64,000 bases of DNA from Malacoraja senta (lineage: Eukaryota), in assembly GCA_038087875.1 (NCBI GenBank), contig CM075988.1, positions 496,001 through 560,000 of the forward strand. Reading direction: 5' to 3'. A program made the position numbers and the translations under genes. This document shows, piece by piece, positions 60,180 through 64,000 of this stretch. The notes under the pieces were generated by a model. That model made no database searches. It had not been told where the DNA came from and saw only the letters and a program-made list of their open reading frames with translations. How positions within the stretch are numbered: the first letter of the stretch is position 1; each line of letters starts with the position of its first letter.

Positions 60180-61856
60180 TGGGAGATAAATAAACTATGT
60201 TAATAAAATACTTACTCTCCCAGCAGCTCCAGGTTCTAACCAGGTATGAGCTGTCTATCAATATAAAACCCGCAGTATTGAGCATTATAAGCAAGTCTCA
60301 GCGGGGGAGAGGGTATTGAAATTACTGGTCAGGCATTATGGCTTTTTGACCAAAGGTTGGATGTATCACAATAAGGTTGAATTAGCACTCATATGTAGTG
60401 CGCACTTTCAAATAACTGTATTTATAAAAGTGCTATAAAACCTAATATATACCCTAAGTTTGGGGGCTCTGTACACCATCTAATATTTAAATTGCCTAAT
60501 AATCTGTTTTTAGAAAGATCTAGCCAAAAAAGGAATGATCCTGTGTGATTGACAGATCAAATTAAGGCAGTTTTCCCTAACAATATGTGGTGACTGGGGA
60601 TAGTAAAGGATCAAATTTGTCTTTCCCATATGTGCATTATAGGCGCACTCCTCCTGAGATATGTGGAGGTTATAATATTCCACTAAGATCAGGGAATAAC
60701 AATTGCCATAGGCAAACCCTGAGGTCGGAGGTCTGGTTCTGTAAGAAACATATTAAATGTTTTACACTTACAAGTTGGGGAAGATTACAATTCTTGCTAA
60801 AAGATGGCAATTTGATATATTATACTGTACAGTATTATGGGGTTTAGAATGTAATTCTACCCATATTGGGTTTATCTTACTAAGGTATTTGAAACCGGAC
60901 ACATATTTCTCAAAATAAGAGAATATGTAGATTCAGACAAAACATGAAATATTGTGGAAAAGGGATGATTAAGAAGTCAGTTCACCATTACCATCAATTG
61001 ATGCCAAGTATGTTATGAGAGCAAATAGGATGGTGGGTGTAGAATTATGCAAATAATAATAGATATTTTTAATTTTATCTGGATGAGCCAATTATGGCAA
61101 TTTAAAGCATTGTATTAAGGTTTAGTCTCAGCCCTGAGACTATTTGCCAGGTTGTTGGATCTAATATTAGCTTTACTAAGAACTCAGGGCCATTTGGTGA
61201 TGGTCTATTTCTATATTCTGATTGTAGGAAACATTTGGACTACAACAGATCCATGAGTGTTAAGAATCAAGCTCACTTTGGAGAGTTATTAACCATCGAG
61301 ATAAATCTAAACAATTACCAAACACAGTTATTGATTATTTGGGTTCCATTATTAAACGAGAACACATGTTTATGATTCCAACTACGGATTAAGGCTGCAT
61401 TTAAGTGGAAGTTGTATAAAGCTCATTATAGAGCTTCCACCATTGTATAAAGCTCATTATAGAGCACTAACCCTCAATTAGGCATTTAATTGGAAGTTGT
61501 ATTAAGCTCATTACAGAGCACCAACCCTCAATTAGGCAGGAAGCAAGCCTACTTTGCAAACTTTTGCTTATTTTCAGCTGTAGAATTTAGACTGCTGCAT
61601 TATCAGCGTTTTCAGTAAGCATGGATAGAGGAATGGATAATACGATTTAGGACAATTTTGCCAGGCCATGTATTTGCCAGTTGCAGTTATTACAGGAATA
61701 TTAATGAATCAGGAGTGTCTCAAATGCCTCCAGAGAGATTCTGGCTGAACACCTTCCATTATGCTACACACTAATTGTAGTGCTCTAAGTTGAGGTCATA
61801 CTTATAAGTATTTCCAGCGGTGCAGGTACATGGAATGTGGAGAAAGTACCTTTGAT
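60180..61856 (+). mobile_element. Old degenerate DIRS fragment (gag end, RT, RNase H start)
   Basis: KSAIKPNIYPKF, EVGGL, GRLQF, QLWQFKAL and LLRTQGHLVMVY align in order with the DIRS at 4240-5780; boundaries approximate. Confidence 0.75.
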
Positions 61857-64000
61857 CATAGATACATAGATACATAGAAAATAGGTGCAGGAGTAGGCCA
61901 TTCGGCCCTTCGAGCCTGCACCGCCATTCAATATGATCATGGCTGATCATCCAACTCAGTATCCCGTACCTGCCTTCTCTCCATACCCCCTGATCCCTTT
62001 AGCCACAAGGGCCACATCTAACTCCCTCTTAAATATAGCCAATGAACTGGCGTCAACTACCCTCTGTGGCAGAGAGTTCCAGAGATTCACCACTCTCTGT
62101 GTGAAAAAGTTTTTCCTCATCTCGGTCTTAAAGGATTTCCCCCTTATCCTTAAGCTGTGACCCCTTGTCCTGGACTTCCCCAACATCGGGAACAATCTTC
62201 CTGCATCTAGCCTGTCCAACCCCATAAGAATTTTGTACGTTTCTATAAGATCCCCTCTCAATCTCCTAAATTCTAGCGAGTATAAGCCAAGTCTATCCAG
62301 TCTTTCTTCATATGAAAGTCCTGACATCCCAGGAATCAGTCTGGTGAACTTTCTCTGCACTCCCTCTATGGCTATAATGTCCTTCCTCAGATTTGGAGAC
62401 CAAAACTGTACGCAATACTCCAGGTGTGGTCGCACCAAGACCCTGTACAACTGCAGTAGAACCTCCCTGCTCCTATACTCAAATCCTCTTGCTATGAAGG
62501 CCAACATACCATTCGCTTTCTTCACTGCCTGCTGCACCTGCATGCCTACTTTCAATGACTGGTGTACCATGACACCCAGGTCTCGCTGCACCTCCCCATT
62601 TCCTAATCGGCCACCATTTAGATAATAGTCTGCCTTCCCGTTTTTGCCACCAAAGTGGATAACCTCACATTTATCCACATTATACTGCATCTGCCAAACA
62701 TTTGCCCACTCACCCAGCCTATCCAAGTCACCTTGCAGTCTCCTAGCATCCTCCTCACAGCTAACACTGCCCCCCAGCTTAGTGTCATCCGCAAACTTGG
62801 AGATGTTGCTTTCAATTCCCTCGTCCAGATCATTAATATAAATTGTAAATAGCTGGGGTCCCAGCACTGAGCCTTGCGGTACCCCACTAGTCACTGCCTG
62901 CCATTGTGAAAAGGACCCGTTTACTCCTACTCTTTGCTTCCTGTTTGCCAGCCAGTTCTCTATCCACATCAATACTGAACCCCCAATACCATGTGATTTA
63001 AGTTTGTATCCTAATCTCTTATGTGGTACCTTGTCGAAAGCCTTCTGAAAGTCCAGATACAACACATCCACTGGTTCTCCCCTATCCACTCTACTAGTTA
63101 CATCCTCGAAAAATTCTATAAGATTCGTCAGACACGATTTACCTTTCGTAAATCCATGCTGACTTTGTCCAATGATTTCACCACTTTCCAAATGTGCTGC
63201 TATCCCATCTTTAATAACTGACTCTAGCAGTTTCCCCACTACCGATGTTAGACTAACTGGTCTGTAATTCCCCGTTTTCTCTCTCCCTCCCTTCTTAAAA
63301 AGTGGGGTTACGTTTGCTACCCTCCAATCCTCAGGAACTACTCCAGAATCTAAAGAATTTTGAAAAATTATCACTAATGCATCCACTATTTCTGGAGCTA
63401 CTTCCTTAAGTCCTCTGGGATGCAGCCTATCTGGCCCTGGTGATTTATCGGCCTTTAATCCATTCAATTTACCCAACACCACTTCCCGACTAACCTGGAT
63501 TTCACTCAGTTCCTCCATCTCCTTTGACCCGCGGCCCCCTGCTATTTCCGGCAGATTATTTATGTCTTCCTTAGTGAAGACGGAACCAAAGTAGTTATTC
63601 AATTGGTCCGCCATATCCTTGTTCCCCATGATCAATTCACCTGTTTCTGACTGCAAGGGACCTACATTTGTTTTAACTAATCTCTTTCTCTTCACATATC
63701 TATAAAAACTTTTGCAGTCAGTTTTTATGTTCCCTGCCAGTTTCCTTTCATAATCTATTTTCCCTTTCCTAATTAAGCCCTTTGTCCTCCTCTGCTGGTC
63801 TCTGAATTTCTCCCAGTCCTCTGGTATGCTGCTTTTTCTGGCTAATTTGTACGCAACATCTTTTGCTTTGATACTATCCCTGATTTCCCTTGTTATCCAC
63901 GGATGCACTACCTTCCCTGATTTATTCTTTTGCCAAACTGGGATGAACATTTTTTGTAGTTCATCCATGCAGTCTTTAAATGCCTTCCATTGCATATCCA
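61857..64000 (-). mobile_element. Young CR1 LINE (family B), ORF2 open for 679 aa to the window edge
   Basis: ORF 61956..63995 has no stops and FADD is intact; tail variant (TATCTATG)n. Confidence 0.95.

Overview
Eukaryotic, vertebrate-type genomic DNA made almost entirely of nested transposable elements. The repeat mix (CR1 LINEs with short microsatellite tails, V-type tRNA SINEs, Penelope-derived repeats, Rex1/Babar) suggests a cartilaginous fish such as a skate or ray; this is inference. No rRNA, tRNA genes or CRISPR were seen. The one convincing host gene is absent from the ORF track: a two-exon beta-defensin-like gene (42174..42264 joined to 43995..44113, 69 aa, signal peptide plus C-x6-C-x4-C-x10-C-x5-CC). 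The other main structure is a four-level nest: a CR1 contains a structurally complete DIRS1-type tyrosine-recombinase retrotransposon, which contains an endogenous retrovirus with 726-bp LTRs, which contains a Penelope-derived repeat. A second, diverged ERV shares the same gag-PPPY-to-RNase H deletion architecture. The window also holds L1-in-L1 and CR1-in-CR1 insertions, a Harbinger-type non-autonomous element, a THAP-domain palindrome, a Hero-type RLE LINE and a SINE split into three pieces over 6.4 kb. All calls were read by eye. The CR1 family labels A-D are my own working labels.
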